Position numbers and translations under genes: made by a program. The notes under the pieces were generated by a model. That model searched no databases and was not told where the DNA came from. It saw only the letters and a program-made list of their open reading frames with translations. Below, in pieces: positions 52,061-64,000 of a DNA stretch of 64,000 nt. Within the stretch, counting starts at the first letter, position 1. Each line of letters starts with the position of its first letter. Origin of the DNA: Malacoraja senta (Eukaryota); assembly GCA_038087875.1 (NCBI GenBank), contig CM075995.1:3784001-3848000 (forward strand), read 5' to 3'.

Positions 52061-52745
52061 CAGGTACAGCATGCAGACACAGCAGGCAGTGAGGAAAGCG
52101 AATGGCATGTTGGCCTTCATAACAAGAGGAGTTGAGTATAGGAGCAAAGCGGTCCTTCTACAGTTGTACAGGGCCCTAGTGAGACCACACCTGGAGTATT
52201 GTGTGCAGTTTTGGCCTCCAAATTTGAGGAAGGACATTCTTGCTATTGAGGGAGTGCAGCATAGGTTCACGAGGTTAATTTCCGGGATGGCGGGACTGTC
52301 ATATGTTGATAGAATGGAGCGGCTGGGATTGTATACTCTGGAATTTAGGATGAAAGGGGATCTTATTGAAACATATAAGATTATTAAGGGTTTGGACACA
52401 CTAGAGCCAGGAAACATGTTCCCGATGTTGGGGGAGTCCAGAACCAGGTGCCACAGTTTAAGAATAAGGCGTAAGCCATTTAGAACGGAGATGAGGAACA
52501 ACTTTTTCACACAGAGGGTTGTGAATCTGTGGAATTCTCTGCCTCAGAAGGCAGTGGAGGCCAACTCTCTGGATGCTTTGAAGAGAGAGTTAGATAGAGT
52601 TCTGAATGATAGCGGATTCAGGGGATATGGGGAGAAGGCAGGAACGGGGTACTGATTGTGAATGATCAGCCATGTTCACAGTGAATGGCGATGCTGGCTC
52701 GAAGGGCCGAATGGCCTACTCCTGCATCTATTGTCTATTGTCTAT
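52061..52745 (+). mobile_element. CR1 LINE 3' fragment
   Basis: ORF 52071-52655 open to GYGEKAGTGY; (ctattgt)n tail. Confidence 0.92.
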
Positions 52746-53459
52746 CACCTATCCATTCCCTCCCCAGATGCTGCCTGACCCGCTGAGCTACGGCAGCACT
52801 TTGTGTTTTACTATGAGCTATCTTCGGTTCTTTGTGTCCCCATGACTATTATTGGGAACCATTTTGTAATGCTGTGCAAAAAAAAAGTGATTCTTAGTTA
52901 TGATCAACATTATCCATGTTAAGACCATCTGCTGATCAGATAGGTTCTGTTGTGGTTTCCAGTTATGTGCTGAGATCTGCAAGATAATGGACAACCCTCA
53001 CGCACTATAATGGTGAAAATCACATCATTGCTTTGGGATGCCTGAAATTGCAAAAGATGTTTTTTATAAAGGCAAGATTTTTTTTAACCCTTTTTCCTTT
53101 CATATATTTGTATGCTGCTTGATTAGACATCAGGTTGTGCGATTTAACCAAGAGACAATCAGTGCCAATCCCTTCATCTCCAGATGGGAGCACAGCATCC
53201 GCTCCAACAACCCAACTGAGCGCTGATGGAACCCATAAGGAGGAGAAAACTGAGAGGATAGGCAGCACCGTGGAACTTACAATCATGTCACTACAGCTGA
53301 GATTCAGATGTTCTGCCCCTCTGCACCAGACTTTCATCTTTAAAATGATTCACATCCTTTGATGGCACATTGCTGCAGGACCTGTTTTCCATGTAATATC
53401 CAAGTGTCTTTTTTTCCATCCATGCAACATATAACTAGACGTTAGAGGAGTATTGCGTT

Positions 53460-53715
53460 AGATGAGGTGAAATTTCTTTAGTCAGAGGGTGGTGAATCTG
53501 TGGTATTCTTTGAAGGCTGTGGAGGCCAAGTCAGTGGATATTTTTAAGGCAGAGATCGCAGAGGAGCAGAGATAGATTCCTGATTGGTACGAGTGTTACA
53601 GGTTATGGGGAGAAGGCAGGATAATGGGGTTAGGAGGGAGCGATAGATCTGCCATGATTGGAAGAGTAGACTTGATGGGCCAAATGGCCTAATTCTACTC
53701 CTATCACTTATGATG
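53460..53715 (+). mobile_element. CR1 LINE 3' tail
   Basis: Matches the 150-460 family in opposite orientation. Confidence 0.75.
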
Positions 53716-53773
53716 CAACTCAAAAGAAGTCCATTCAGCTAGACTCTGTGCTAAGTATCCATCAGTCCAGCTT

Positions 53774-53975
53774 GACTCAGCAGGACAGGCAGCATCTCTG
53801 GAGAGAAGGAATGGGTGACGTTCTGGGTTGAGACCCTTCCTCAGTCTGAAGAAGGGTCTTGACTGAAACATCACCCATTCCTTCTCTCCAAAGATGCTGC
53901 CTGTCCAGCTGAGTTACTCCAGCATTTTGTGTCTACCTTCAGTGTAACCCAGCATCTGTAGTTCCTTCCTATACA
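53774..53975. repeat. Fold-back Penelope-terminal-repeat-derived element
   Basis: Arms meet at gacccttcctcagtctgaagaagggtc. Confidence 0.75.
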
Positions 53976-54025
53976 GTCCAGCTTAACTGCTTCCTCCCTA
54001 CAGTCCTGCATATCTCTCTTAAATT

Positions 54026-54305
54026 CAGTTTAGGTTAGTTTAGAGATATAGCGAGGAAACAGGCCCTTCGGCCCACTGGGTTCACGCCGACCTGCGATCC
54101 CTGCACATTAACACGATCCTACAGCCACTAGGGACAATTTTTTTACATTTACCAAGCGGATTAACCTACAAGCCTGTACGTCTTTGGAGTGTGGGAGGAA
54201 ACCGAAGATCTCGGAGAAAACCCACGCAGGTCACGGGGAGAATGTACAAATTCTGTACAGACACCACCCGTTGTCGGGATCGAACCCAGGTCTCCAGCGC
54301 TGCAA
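54026..54305 (-). mobile_element. HE1-type SINE
   Basis: Consensus match. Confidence 0.85.
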
Positions 54306-54344
54306 GTTCCACGTTCTCCCTTGGAAGTTATTTTAGATAGGCAG

Positions 54345-54545
54345 AAAATAGACACAAAATGTTGGAATAACTCAGCGGGTCAGGCAGCATCTCTGGAGAA
54401 AAGGATTAGGTGACGTTTCAGATCGAGACCCTTCTTCAGGCATCACCTATTCCTTTCCTCCAGAGATGCTGCCTGAGCCGCTGAGTTACTCCAGCTTTTT
54501 GTGTCTATCTTCAGTGTAAATCAACATCTGCAGTTCCTTCCTACA
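54345..54545. repeat. Fold-back Penelope-terminal-repeat-derived element
   Basis: atagacacaaaa..actcagcgg..ctctggag followed by its reverse complement. Confidence 0.75.
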
Positions 54546-55707
54546 GATTTTAGAGAGGCACATAGATATGCAGTGAATTGAGATATATGGTTCACATGCA
54601 GGCAGAGGAGATTAGTTTAATGTGGTATTATGTTCTGCACGGATATTGTGGGCCAAAGGGTTTTCTCCTCAGCTGTACTGTACTACGTTCTATGTGGAAA
54701 GTTATTGTATCTGCCTCTAGCCCTTCAACTAGTGCATTCGGGTTCACAACTCCCAGCTCCACGAACAACTGTTTGAAAACCTGTTGTTCTGCTGCAAGTA
54801 AGAATTTCATTCTTCTGCTTCGGGGTATATGACAATTAACACTTGCCTCTTGAAAAACATCTTCCCATATTATTTTGTCAATAACCTTAAAACTGCTCAC
54901 AGCTTCACGTCTAATGAGGAATAATCTCCTCTTTCTGGTCTCTCAAGCAGAGATTGTTTCAGTTCTATTTTCATAATCATGATCATAATCATAATAATAC
55001 TTTATTAGCCAAGTATTGTTTTGCAACATGCGAGGAATTTAATTTGCCATACAGTCAGAGCAATATATTGGCGTCATAACCACGACAGATGCAGCTGGCT
55101 GAAGCATGTAAAACTTATTTTGTTGGGTCTAAGGATAGGAAAGGTTAAGAGAGATATGGGCCAAACGTGGGCAGGTAGGACTGTAGATAGGATATCTTGG
55201 TTGACATGGGTAAGATGGGTTAAAGGACTTTTCCATGCTGTATGACTCTATGACTCTAGGGCATGGTAGCTTGTGATTTCATTGTTCTTTCCTGTAGTAT
55301 TTACTAGCGCCGTGTGATCAGTAGAAAATGGGGGAAAGCCCACCTTCTTGACCATTGCTTCTATATATAATTATCAGACAGCCCTTTGGTGAAGAAGGGT
55401 CTTGACCCGAAACGTCACCCATTCCTTCGCTCCATAGATGCTGCTTCACCCGCTGAGTTTCTCCAGCATTTATGCCTATCTTCGATTTCTCCACATCTGC
55501 AGTCCTTTCTAAAACATTAAGCCCTTTTGTGAAGATCACTAATTATTTTGTCCTCATTATGTTTACTCATGATTCCACAAGATCTCAGATAAGGGTGGCA
55601 TAGTGGCCTAGCGGTAGAGCTACTGCCTTACAGCGCCAGAGTCCGTGATTCGATCCTGACTATGGGTGCCCGTCTGTACGGAGTTTGTACGTTCTCTCCT
55701 TGACCTG

Positions 55708-56270
55708 GAATGAATGAATGGAATGGAATACTTTATTGCCACATGTGACTAGGCATAGTGAAATTCTATGCTGTATACCCAATGTATACAAATAGCGGCC
55801 ACCTAAAGCGCTGACAAAGTTACAAAGCACACCGGCTCCCCCTTTTGTTCTCCCTTTCCCCCCCCCCCTCACCACGCCGGGTTCCCATTGTCCTTCGTTG
55901 TCCCCTTCTCCCCAATTGTCCATTGTTCTCCCCCCAACTCCCTCACGGCGGTCCCCCCCACGCCAGTTTCTCCAATTGTACTTTCCCTCCCCCCTCATGG
56001 TGGTCCACCACGCATTCATCAACCGTGAACCACGGGTCAACCCGCGAGGCATCGCCGCCACCGCGAGGCTTCACCACCGCCGAGGCCCCATCATCGCCAG
56101 GCTTCACCGTTGCTGCCACCGAGGCCCCACCGCTGTCGACGCCCCACTTCGTGCCTCCGTGGTGCCGACCCGGGCCCCAGCCGCGAGCTCCATCAGCCGC
56201 TCCGCTGACCCGCGAGGCCCCGGCCGGGCTTCTGCGCGCCGATCCGGGAGGCATCGAGACCGTGCCTTCC
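55708..56270 (-). mobile_element. GC-rich non-coding element with (attcc)n tail
   Basis: Minus 3' end cacatgtggcaataaagtattccattcc; same tail at 4653-4722 and partly 900-985. Confidence 0.55.
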
Positions 56271-56530
56271 CAGCTGTTATCAGGCAACCGAATCACCCTA
56301 CCACAACCAGTGAGCAGTCCTGAACTACCATTTACCTCATCGGTAACCCTCGGACTATCGTTGATCGGACTTTACTGGCTTTACCTTGCACTAAACCTTA
56401 TTCCCTTATCATGTGTATGTATACTGTGAATGGCTCGATTGTAATCATGTATTGTCTTTCCGTTGACTGGTTAACACGCAACAAAAGCTTTTCACGGTAC
56501 CTCGTACACGTGACAATAAACTAAACTCAA
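56271..56530 (+). mobile_element. Rex1/Babar LINE 3' end
   Basis: ccagctgttatcaggcaa (FPAVIRQ) then cgtgacaataaactaaac tail. Confidence 0.65.
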
Positions 56531-56725
56531 CTGCATTAAATACAAATGCAAATGCTGACCTCTGTATTCACTAAAAAGCATTCTGTGTTCATATTTATTT
56601 CCGCCATAACCTTCTACCAGAGGAGTAATTTTGAAAATCATTGTCCCAGTGATACATACTGCAAGGCAATTAACTAACTCGGTCCAATTTGACTTCTCAA
56701 GCATCACTGAAGTGGTTCAGGATTA

Positions 56726-57224
56726 AAGGCCTGTCTCACGAGTCTGCGGTCATTGGCGGTGATACAGGAAGTATATACCGCTCGTGGACCACCGCCGGGG
56801 CCGTGCGGCGTTTGTCCCAACACCGCACGGTGCTAAAAAAAAGTCAGCACTGTCCAAAAATAATTTCTTACCGCACAGCCGCCGCCAGTGAGGCACGAGT
56901 GCGGCACGGTCACCGCCACAGCCGCTGCCAGTGAGGCACGAGCGCCGTGAGTCGAACTCTCACCGCCACAGCCACCGCCAATGAGGCATGTGTGCGGCAC
57001 GGCCGCCGCCACAGCCCCGCGATCCGAAAGACGTCATCGCGTAGCGCGTCGCGTTGCGCGAGGACGCAATCACCCGACGCCGCAAGCTCGTGGAACCGGC
57101 CGTACGGAGATCACTCGGCCCCCGCGCAGCATCCGTGCGGCGCTCTCGCGGTTGACGTGCGGTCCCCTCTTCCGGCGACGCCGGGCTTCACCACCAATGA
57201 CCGCAACACCGTGAGACAGAGCCT
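56726..57224. mobile_element. PIF/Harbinger-like MITE family B
   Basis: TTA at 56723-56725 and 57225-57227; same TIRs as 3621-4224. Confidence 0.78.
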
Positions 57225-57529
57225 TTAGATGTACAATGTGCCCACGTTGACATTGTAACAAGTTAAATGATTGTTATCCCATTAAATCGCTATCAAGATG
57301 TTCTTTGCTACATTGGCCTTGATTATATACACCATGATGTTAAAATAAATAGTGTCTGTTTACTACTCAGTACCCCCACATCTTCCTGCGCTCCAAGGAA
57401 TAGAGTCCCGGCCTACTCAACCTCTCCCTATAGCTCAGACCCTCTAGCCCTGGCAACATCTTTGTAAATTTTCTCTGTACTCTTTCCAGCTTGACAACAT
57501 CTTTTCCATAACATGGAAGATAATTTAGG

Positions 57530-57890
57530 GCAGATAAAGTTCAGTAACGTCCAATAAAATATAGTCTGAGAGTCTCCAATGAGTTAGATAGCAGTTCAGG
57601 CCCACTCTCTTCTTGGTGATGAGGTGGTTCAGTTGCCTGATAATAGCTGTGAGGCAACAGTCCCTGAATCTGGAGGTGTGCATTTTCACACTTCTGTACC
57701 TCTTGCCTGATGGGAGAGGGGTGAGAGCATCCTCGATTATGCTGCTGACCTTGCCGAGGCAGCGTGAAATGTAGATGGAGTCATTGGAAGGGAGGTCGGT
57801 TTGTGTGACGGTCTGGGCTGCGTCCACAAGTCTCTGCAATTTCTTACAGTCTCGGATGGAGCTGTTCCCAAACCATGCTGTGATGCATCC
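57530..57890 (-). mobile_element. Rex1/Babar LINE fragment
   Basis: ORF 57525-57839 QRLVDAAQ..SRCL.K...LPSGKRYRS..AIIRQLN. Confidence 0.75.
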
Positions 57891-58774
57891 ACTGCACCCC
57901 AGCCCAACCTTTTTATATCCCTTTAATTTATTCCCACCTGAGGTCGAGTGGAACAGCAGCTAGATTACAAGGTGCAAAAAAAGATGAGCTAATTGAGAGA
58001 CCGAAATGTTGCAATTACCGCGAAGGCTGCTGTGCTTTGAGAGAGCTGCCTCTTCCTCTGCAGACACAATTCCTTCCACACAGTCCTGCGTATTCCAGTT
58101 ATTGAACGTGGAGCCATATGGCTCCGCCACAGAAACAGAATGATTTAACCTGGTATGCATTCCCATGGAAAATCACTCCCACAACATCTCCTGAATCTCA
58201 ACATCCAAGGCTTTTTACACTCGTTTAGGTTTTGGCAATATCTTGCATCTTTTTTTGGTAAATTCTGCTGAGGATACAACACTGCCCCTCTGCAATTCAG
58301 TTCCACATTATTGTAAAGCACACAAAGCTTACACTTCTTTCATGTTCTGATTCATTAAGGGAACAAGGTACACGCTGCAGAAGCTGGCCTGGAACGACAT
58401 TTGTTCCTCTTAAAACAGTGCCATCATCAACCAAAGCTGATTTCCTCTAGCTCTTAAAGTGTTGCTTTCTGAATCATGAAAGCAAAGAGGAAATAAAAAC
58501 TTGTCAGGGGCTTGTTAGCACTTGCCGTGAGTCTGCTTACACATGAACAGTTGGCACTTTCCTCTATTTTGAAACCATTTGCCGATGATAAAATGCTTGG
58601 GTGTCTAAAGGGTTAATGCTTTCACACTGAAGTGTAAAGGCTTTCATGAAACTGCTGTTAAAAAAAAACAAGAATAATTTAGATAATGGTTTCTTCACTT
58701 GTGTAAGTGCTGTAAACAGTATTTGGAGCAGGTTTCTGTATTTTTGAAAGGATTGGGTAATAGCCCTCTTAACT

Positions 58775-59460
58775 TGTGTAAGAAGGAACTGCAGATTCTG
58801 GTTTACACCGAAGCTAGACACAAAAGTGCCTGGAGTATCTCAGTAGGTCAGGCAGCATCTCCGGTGCAAAGGAATAGGTGAACAGTGAAACTAAGCAGGG
58901 CGACAGCGAAACTAGTAGGACGACTAGGGTGGGTGAGAGGGACGATGTCAGAACGAGGACCTGCTGGTGCCGGTTCAGGGTGGCCAGTGTGGAATACAGG
59001 GCACGGAAGAAGAACTGTTACGAAAAGCGGTGGATTAACTGTCGGTACCTGCAATCTGGATTGGGTCCGAACTGGGAGGTCTGGAACCAGAGTTGGAATC
59101 GCCGAGGCAGGAGACGAAGGCGCAGGCAAGCGCCGAGAAAACAAATGTGGCTGTGGTAGCGAGTCCAGGTTACAATGTGGTCGTGGAGCCAGGGAGCAGT
59201 CCCTCCCCCATCCGTCCCCCACCCTAGTCTTCCTATTTGTTTCACTGTCTCCCTGCTTAGTTTCACTGATTAGAATCACCTCTTCCACAGCCAACAATGG
59301 ACCATTGTGAGCTCCACCTTGCCTTGCTAGCCTTGATTTGTTCTTTTTAAACTTTAATTTACTCTTTTGTTCTTTTTTACCTCCTCAGACCTCCAGTTTC
59401 CCTCTCCCCTGACTGTCAGTCTGAAGAAGGGTCCCAACCCGAAGCGTCACCTAGTCCTCC
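58775..59460. repeat. Inverted pair of Penelope 3' ends around a ~250-bp unrelated core
   Basis: cagtgaaactaagcaggg..gactagggtggg (~58883) versus its reverse complement (~59218-59267). Confidence 0.6.
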
Positions 59461-59496
59461 TAACTTGACTGTCCTGAATTGACCATTTTATCATGG

Positions 59497-59752
59497 GTAG
59501 ACAAAAATGCTGGAGAAACTCAGTGGGTGAGGCAGCATCTATGGAGTGAAGGAAATAGGCGACGTTTCGGGTCGAGACCCTTCTTCAAACTCCTTCGCTC
59601 CATAGATGCAGATGTACCCGAATTTCCTTCGCTCCATTGATGCAGATGTACCCAAATTTCCTTCGCTCCATAGATGCTGCCTCACCCGCTCAGTTTCTCC
59701 AGCATTTTTGTCTACCTTTGATTTTATAGCATCTGCAGTTCCTTCTTAAACA
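59497..59752. repeat. Fold-back Penelope terminal repeat with internal ~34-bp tandem duplication
   Basis: ggtagacaaaaatgctggagaaact / agtttctccagcatttttgtctacc arms. Confidence 0.75.
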
Positions 59753-60419
59753 TTTTATCATAGGTCCTCTCTTTTGCATCAGCCCACCTGCTTCTGAAGT
59801 CCTCAAGTACACTCCTGGGGTTCCTCCAAACTTAGCTAGAGGAGTTTTAAGTGGAAAGGGCTTTTGGAGATAGAGAGGGTCAAGATGGGTTTGAACATAG
59901 AAACAAGGAACTACAGAAGCTGGTTTACACAAAAGGACACAAAGTGCTGGAGTACCTCAGTGGGTCAGGCAATATCTTTGGAGATCATGGATACGTGACG
60001 ACTCGGGTTGGGACCCTTCGTCTGACCGACTGAGTGTTTCCAGAATGCATTTTTATTTCAGATTTCTGGCATCTGCATGAGTTTAGTTCTTGATCCATAG
60101 CCATATAACCATATAACAATTACAGCACGGAAACAGGCCATCTCGACCCTTCTAGTCCGTGCCGAACACATAGCACTCGTTTGACGTTTGTCAGGAGGAA
60201 TAGTGCAATTCTTTGGTGATTCAAACTGCATGGTTTGGCGACATCCAAAAACATAGAAGACTGAAGAAGGGACCCGACCCAAAATGTCACCCTTCCATGT
60301 TATCCACAGATGCTACTAGACCCGCTGAGTTACTGCAGCACTTTGTGCAAGTCTTTCCTTGGTATACCAGTACCTGCAGTTCCATGTTTCTACATTCTAC
60401 ACTACATCCTTGGAGTACA

Positions 60420-60890
60420 GGAGGATGAAGGGTGATCTTATAGATGTTCTTACTTTGGGCATATAGAATGATTGGAACATACAGCACAGAAACAGGTTCT
60501 TTCGGCTAAACTTTGGGGTGATCTCATAAAGGTGTGTAAAATCATGAGAGGAACAGATCAGGTCAGTGCATAAAGTCTCTTGCCCAGAGTCGGATATCGA
60601 GGACCAGGGAACATAGGTTTAACGTGAAGAGGAAAAGATTTAATGAGAATCTGAGGGGCGATGTTTACACATAAAGGCCGGTGGGTGTATGGAACGAGCT
60701 GCCGGAGGATGTAGTTGAGGCAGGGACTATCGCAACGTTTAAGAAAGTTAGACAGGTACATGTATAGGACAGGTTTAGAGGGATTAGGGCCAAACATAGG
60801 CAGGTGGGACTAGTGCAGCTGGGACATGTTGGCCGGTGTGGGCAAGTTGGGCCGAAGGGCCTGTTTCCATACTGCATCACTCAATGACTC
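60420..60890 (+). mobile_element. CR1 LINE 3' fragment
   Basis: gggtgtatggaacgagctgcc..gggccgaagggcctgtttcc. Confidence 0.8.
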
Positions 60891-60895
60891 TCCAA

Positions 60896-61067
60896 AGGGC
60901 CTGTCCCTCTTACGCAATTTTTTTCGGCGACTTGCCCACTTATCCATCATAGTCGCAGCAGGTGGCCGAAAATTTTCAACATATTAAAAATCCAGCAGCG
61001 ACCAGAAAAAGGTACGACTCTTTGGGCGACTACTCACAGCCATACAGGCATCACCCAGCGACATGTC
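60896..61067. mobile_element. Truncated MITE family C (one TIR)
   Basis: Matches the left arm of 61924-62216. Confidence 0.6.
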
Positions 61068-61204
61068 AATATCATAAATGAACATTGGCCATGCATTCAT
61101 GTATTTCAGCAAAAGCTTAAATCTGGCCACGTTCAAAATGTGTGGTTAATTAGCTCAATGTACTAAATGCAGCTTTGGTATCCGCAGGATACCAAATCTG
61201 TAGG

Positions 61205-61475
61205 ATCAGAATTAAAGGGCGCTCTTTTAGAAAGGAGGTGAGGAGAAACTTCTTTAGTCAGAGGGTAGTTAATCTGTGGAACTCATTGCCACTGATGGCT
61301 GTGTAGGCCGTCAGTGGATATTTTTAAGGCAGATTCTTGATTAGAACGGGTGTCAAGGGTTATGGGGAGAACGCAGGAAAATGGGATTAGGAGGCAGAGA
61401 TCAGCCATGATAGAATGGTGGAGTGGACTCGATGGGCCGAATGGCCTAATTGTACTCCTATAACTTGTGAACTTG
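61205..61475 (+). mobile_element. CR1 LINE 3' tail
   Basis: aatctgtggaactcattgcc..gatcagccatga. Confidence 0.75.
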
Positions 61476-61885
61476 TGTAGGGAGGGTAGCTCTCAGTAGA
61501 ATGAACGAGGTTAAAACATGTAAGCATTGATCTCAAGGGAATATATGTCAGTATTGGAAATGGAATCAGTCAGCTGCATATCTTCTGCTAAAAGAAATGT
61601 CATTCACCGGCAATGCTTGAGAATTGTGTTGATCATCTTCCAGCATGTTCCGAACTTCCTCACCAGCAGCAGGATGGGCATTTTACCCAGTGTGTGCAGT
61701 GAGCCATAGCAGGTGACAGTATTGGAGGCTCCTTTAGGAGAAATTCCAGTACAAAAGGCTTTGTGCAGCATATTTCAGCTGTCTCTGGGCAAGACACTGC
61801 TGTGTAAGGTAGTGTCAATGGATTTCTCTATAAACAAGAATCTCACTGCCCTCATTAACTCTATGGCACCATACTCTGATATTAT

Positions 61886-62488
61886 GGGTGGCACGGTGGC
61901 GCAGCGGTAGAGTTGCTGCCTTATGGGCCTATCCCACTTAAGAAATTTGTTTCAGCAACTTGCCGGGATCCGTCATAGTCGCAGCAGGTCACCGAATATT
62001 TTCAACATTGAAAATCCAGTGGTGACCAGATCCCACAACATGTCGCCAGGGTGTCGCCTGTATGGTCGTGAGTCGTCTCCTCAGTCGCCCAAAGAGTCGT
62101 AGCATCTTTCTGGTCGCCGCTGAATTTTCAACATGTTGAACATTTTCGGTGACCTGCAACGACCTATGATGGGTGCCGGCAGTCGCCGAAAAAGTTGCAT
62201 AAGTGGGACAGGCCCATTACTGCGCCAGAGATCCGGGTCGATCCTGACTATGGTTGCTGTCTGTATGGAGTTTGTATGTTCTCCCTGTAACCGCGTGGAT
62301 TTTCTCCAAGTGCTCTAGTTTCCTCCCACAAGTCAAAGACTTGCCGGTTTGTAAGTTAATTGGCTTTGACAAAAATTGTAAATTGTTCCTAGTGTGTAGG
62401 ATATTGCTCGTGTACAGGGATCGCTGGTCGGCGTGGACTCGGTGGGCCAAAGGGCCTGTTTCCGTGCTGTATCTCTTAACTAAATTAA
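61886..62488 (+). mobile_element. HE1-type SINE split by MITE
   Basis: gttgctgcc-tta | insert | tta-ctgcgccagaga restores the SINE consensus. Confidence 0.85.
61924..62216. mobile_element. PIF/Harbinger-like MITE family C
   Basis: TIR tgggcctatcccactta / taagtgggacaggccca; TTA TSD at 61921-61923 and 62217-62219. Confidence 0.85.
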
Positions 62489-62904
62489 CCAGACTGGAGC
62501 AGATCAGTAGAGATTTACCACCAAGGACAGTTCATTTTTTATTTTTGTATACAGCTCTTAAGGAATAGATGGCAACGTATCAAGAAAACAGCCGTGCATG
62601 GCATTGATGATTTGTCCTGCTCTCCCGAGAGAAGACAGGACTGGATTCAAACAGCAAAAAAAACGCAGATGGTAAAAGTCTGAAATAAAAGAAGGAAAAG
62701 CTGGGAATAAGCAGCAGGTCAGTTAGCATTTGTGGAGAGGGAAACGGTGCTGTTTCAGCTAGATGATCTTTCATCAGAAATGAAAACGTGCGAAGACAAT
62801 GATGTCTTCAATTTCATAGATGCAATCCAATGGAGAGAAGAAATTGACTATCTGTGGTAAGGTGGAAACCAAGATTGTCTCAAAGGCAAAAGTGCTTTTT
62901 GATT

Positions 62905-63325
62905 CAAAGAGTCAAACAGTGCGCGAACAGGCCCTTCAGCCCAACTTGCCAACATGTCTCATCTACACTAGTCCCACTTGCCTGCATTTGGCCCATACCC
63001 CTCTACACCTGTCCTATCCATGTACCTGTCTAATCGCTTCTTAAACATTGCGATAATCCTTGTCTTAACAACCTCCTCTGGAAGCTCGTTCCATTCACCC
63101 ACCACCCTTTGTGTGAAAAAGTTACCCCTCAGATTCCTGTAAAATCTTTCCCCCTTCATCTTAAAACTGTGTCCTCTGGTTCTCGATTCCCCTACTCTAG
63201 CCAAGAGACTATGTGCATCTACCCGATCTATTCCTCTCATGATTTTATACACCTCTATAAGATCACCCCTCATACTCCTGCACTCCAGCGGGAATAGTCC
63301 TAGCCTGCTCAACCTCTCACTATAG
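62905..63325 (-). mobile_element. CR1 LINE 3' fragment
   Basis: ORF 62968-63312 RGDLIEVYKI..FFTQRVVGEWNELP. Confidence 0.88.
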
Positions 63326-63597
63326 GTCTGACCCTGCTATTGATGCAGAACACAGAGGTTCCCAGAAATTTGAAATTAAACAGAACGTTGGAAATGGCCC
63401 GCAGATCAATCAACATCTATGGGAAGAGAATAACTAAATTAATGTCAAAGGTGAATGGTCTTACTTTAGAAATGGGTATGTCTGAGATAGAGAGGAATCT
63501 ATCTAAACGGGATGATTCTAGTTTGTTGAATTCAGTATTGAGACCATTGGACTCCAATGTGCTTAGAAGGAAGATGAGGTGGTGTTATAACAACTTC

Positions 63598-64000
63598 AGT
63601 TTTGTTTATTATTGTCACATATACCAAGGTAGAGTGAAAATAATTTTTTGTTGTTGCGTGCTATCTAGTCAGCAAAAAGACTATATATGATTACAATCAA
63701 TCCCATCGTGTACAGATACAGGATAAAGGGAATAACGTTTAGTGTGCAAGATAACTTCCAGTAAAATCCGATTAAAGATAGTCCGAGGGTCTCCAATGAG
63801 GTAGATGGTAGGTCAGGACTGTTATCGAGTTGGTGATGGGATGGTACAGTTGCCTGATTACAGCTGGGAAGGAACTGTCCCTGAATCTGGAGGTGTGCAT
63901 TTTCACACTTGTTGCCTGATGTGAGAGGGGAGAAGTGGGAGTGACCCCGGGGTGAGACTCGTCCTTGATTATGCTGGTGGTCTTGCCATGGCAGCGTGAA
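63598..64000 (-). mobile_element. Rex1/Babar LINE 3' end
   Basis: Homologous to 57530-57890 and to ~38910-39000 + ~40445-40630. Confidence 0.7.

Noticed and set aside
58050..58160. Candidate exon (ctcttcctctgcag ... ctg/gtatgc)
   Set aside because: All three frames contain a stop; no supporting evidence.

Overview
Eukaryotic, repeat-saturated, apparently intergenic or intronic DNA. The repeat content (HE1-type tRNA-derived SINEs, CR1 LINEs, Penelope-like elements) points to a cartilaginous fish, probably a skate or ray (inference). I find no convincing host exon; every long ORF belongs to a transposable element. Main contents: (1) a structurally complete but coding-degenerate DIRS1-type tyrosine-recombinase retrotransposon (33986-38410) with ITRs, an internal complementary region and gag/RT/RNaseH/MT/YR remnants, inserted without a TSD in a CR1; (2) many CR1 copies, two of them long (9711-13950, 26612-30105); (3) Penelope-like elements (RT + GIY-YIG) and many fold-back derivatives of their terminal repeat carrying a minimal hammerhead-ribozyme-like core; (4) a 5'-truncated L1 with a 14-bp TSD; (5) Rex1/Babar fragments; (6) three families of PIF/Harbinger-like MITEs and a fragmented Harbinger/HARBI1-like transposase fossil (~5990-9320, minus); (7) a group of GC-rich non-coding retroposed elements sharing a covarying 3' hairpin but carrying different tails. 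Boundaries of old repeats are approximate and family names come from motif recognition, not database searches.
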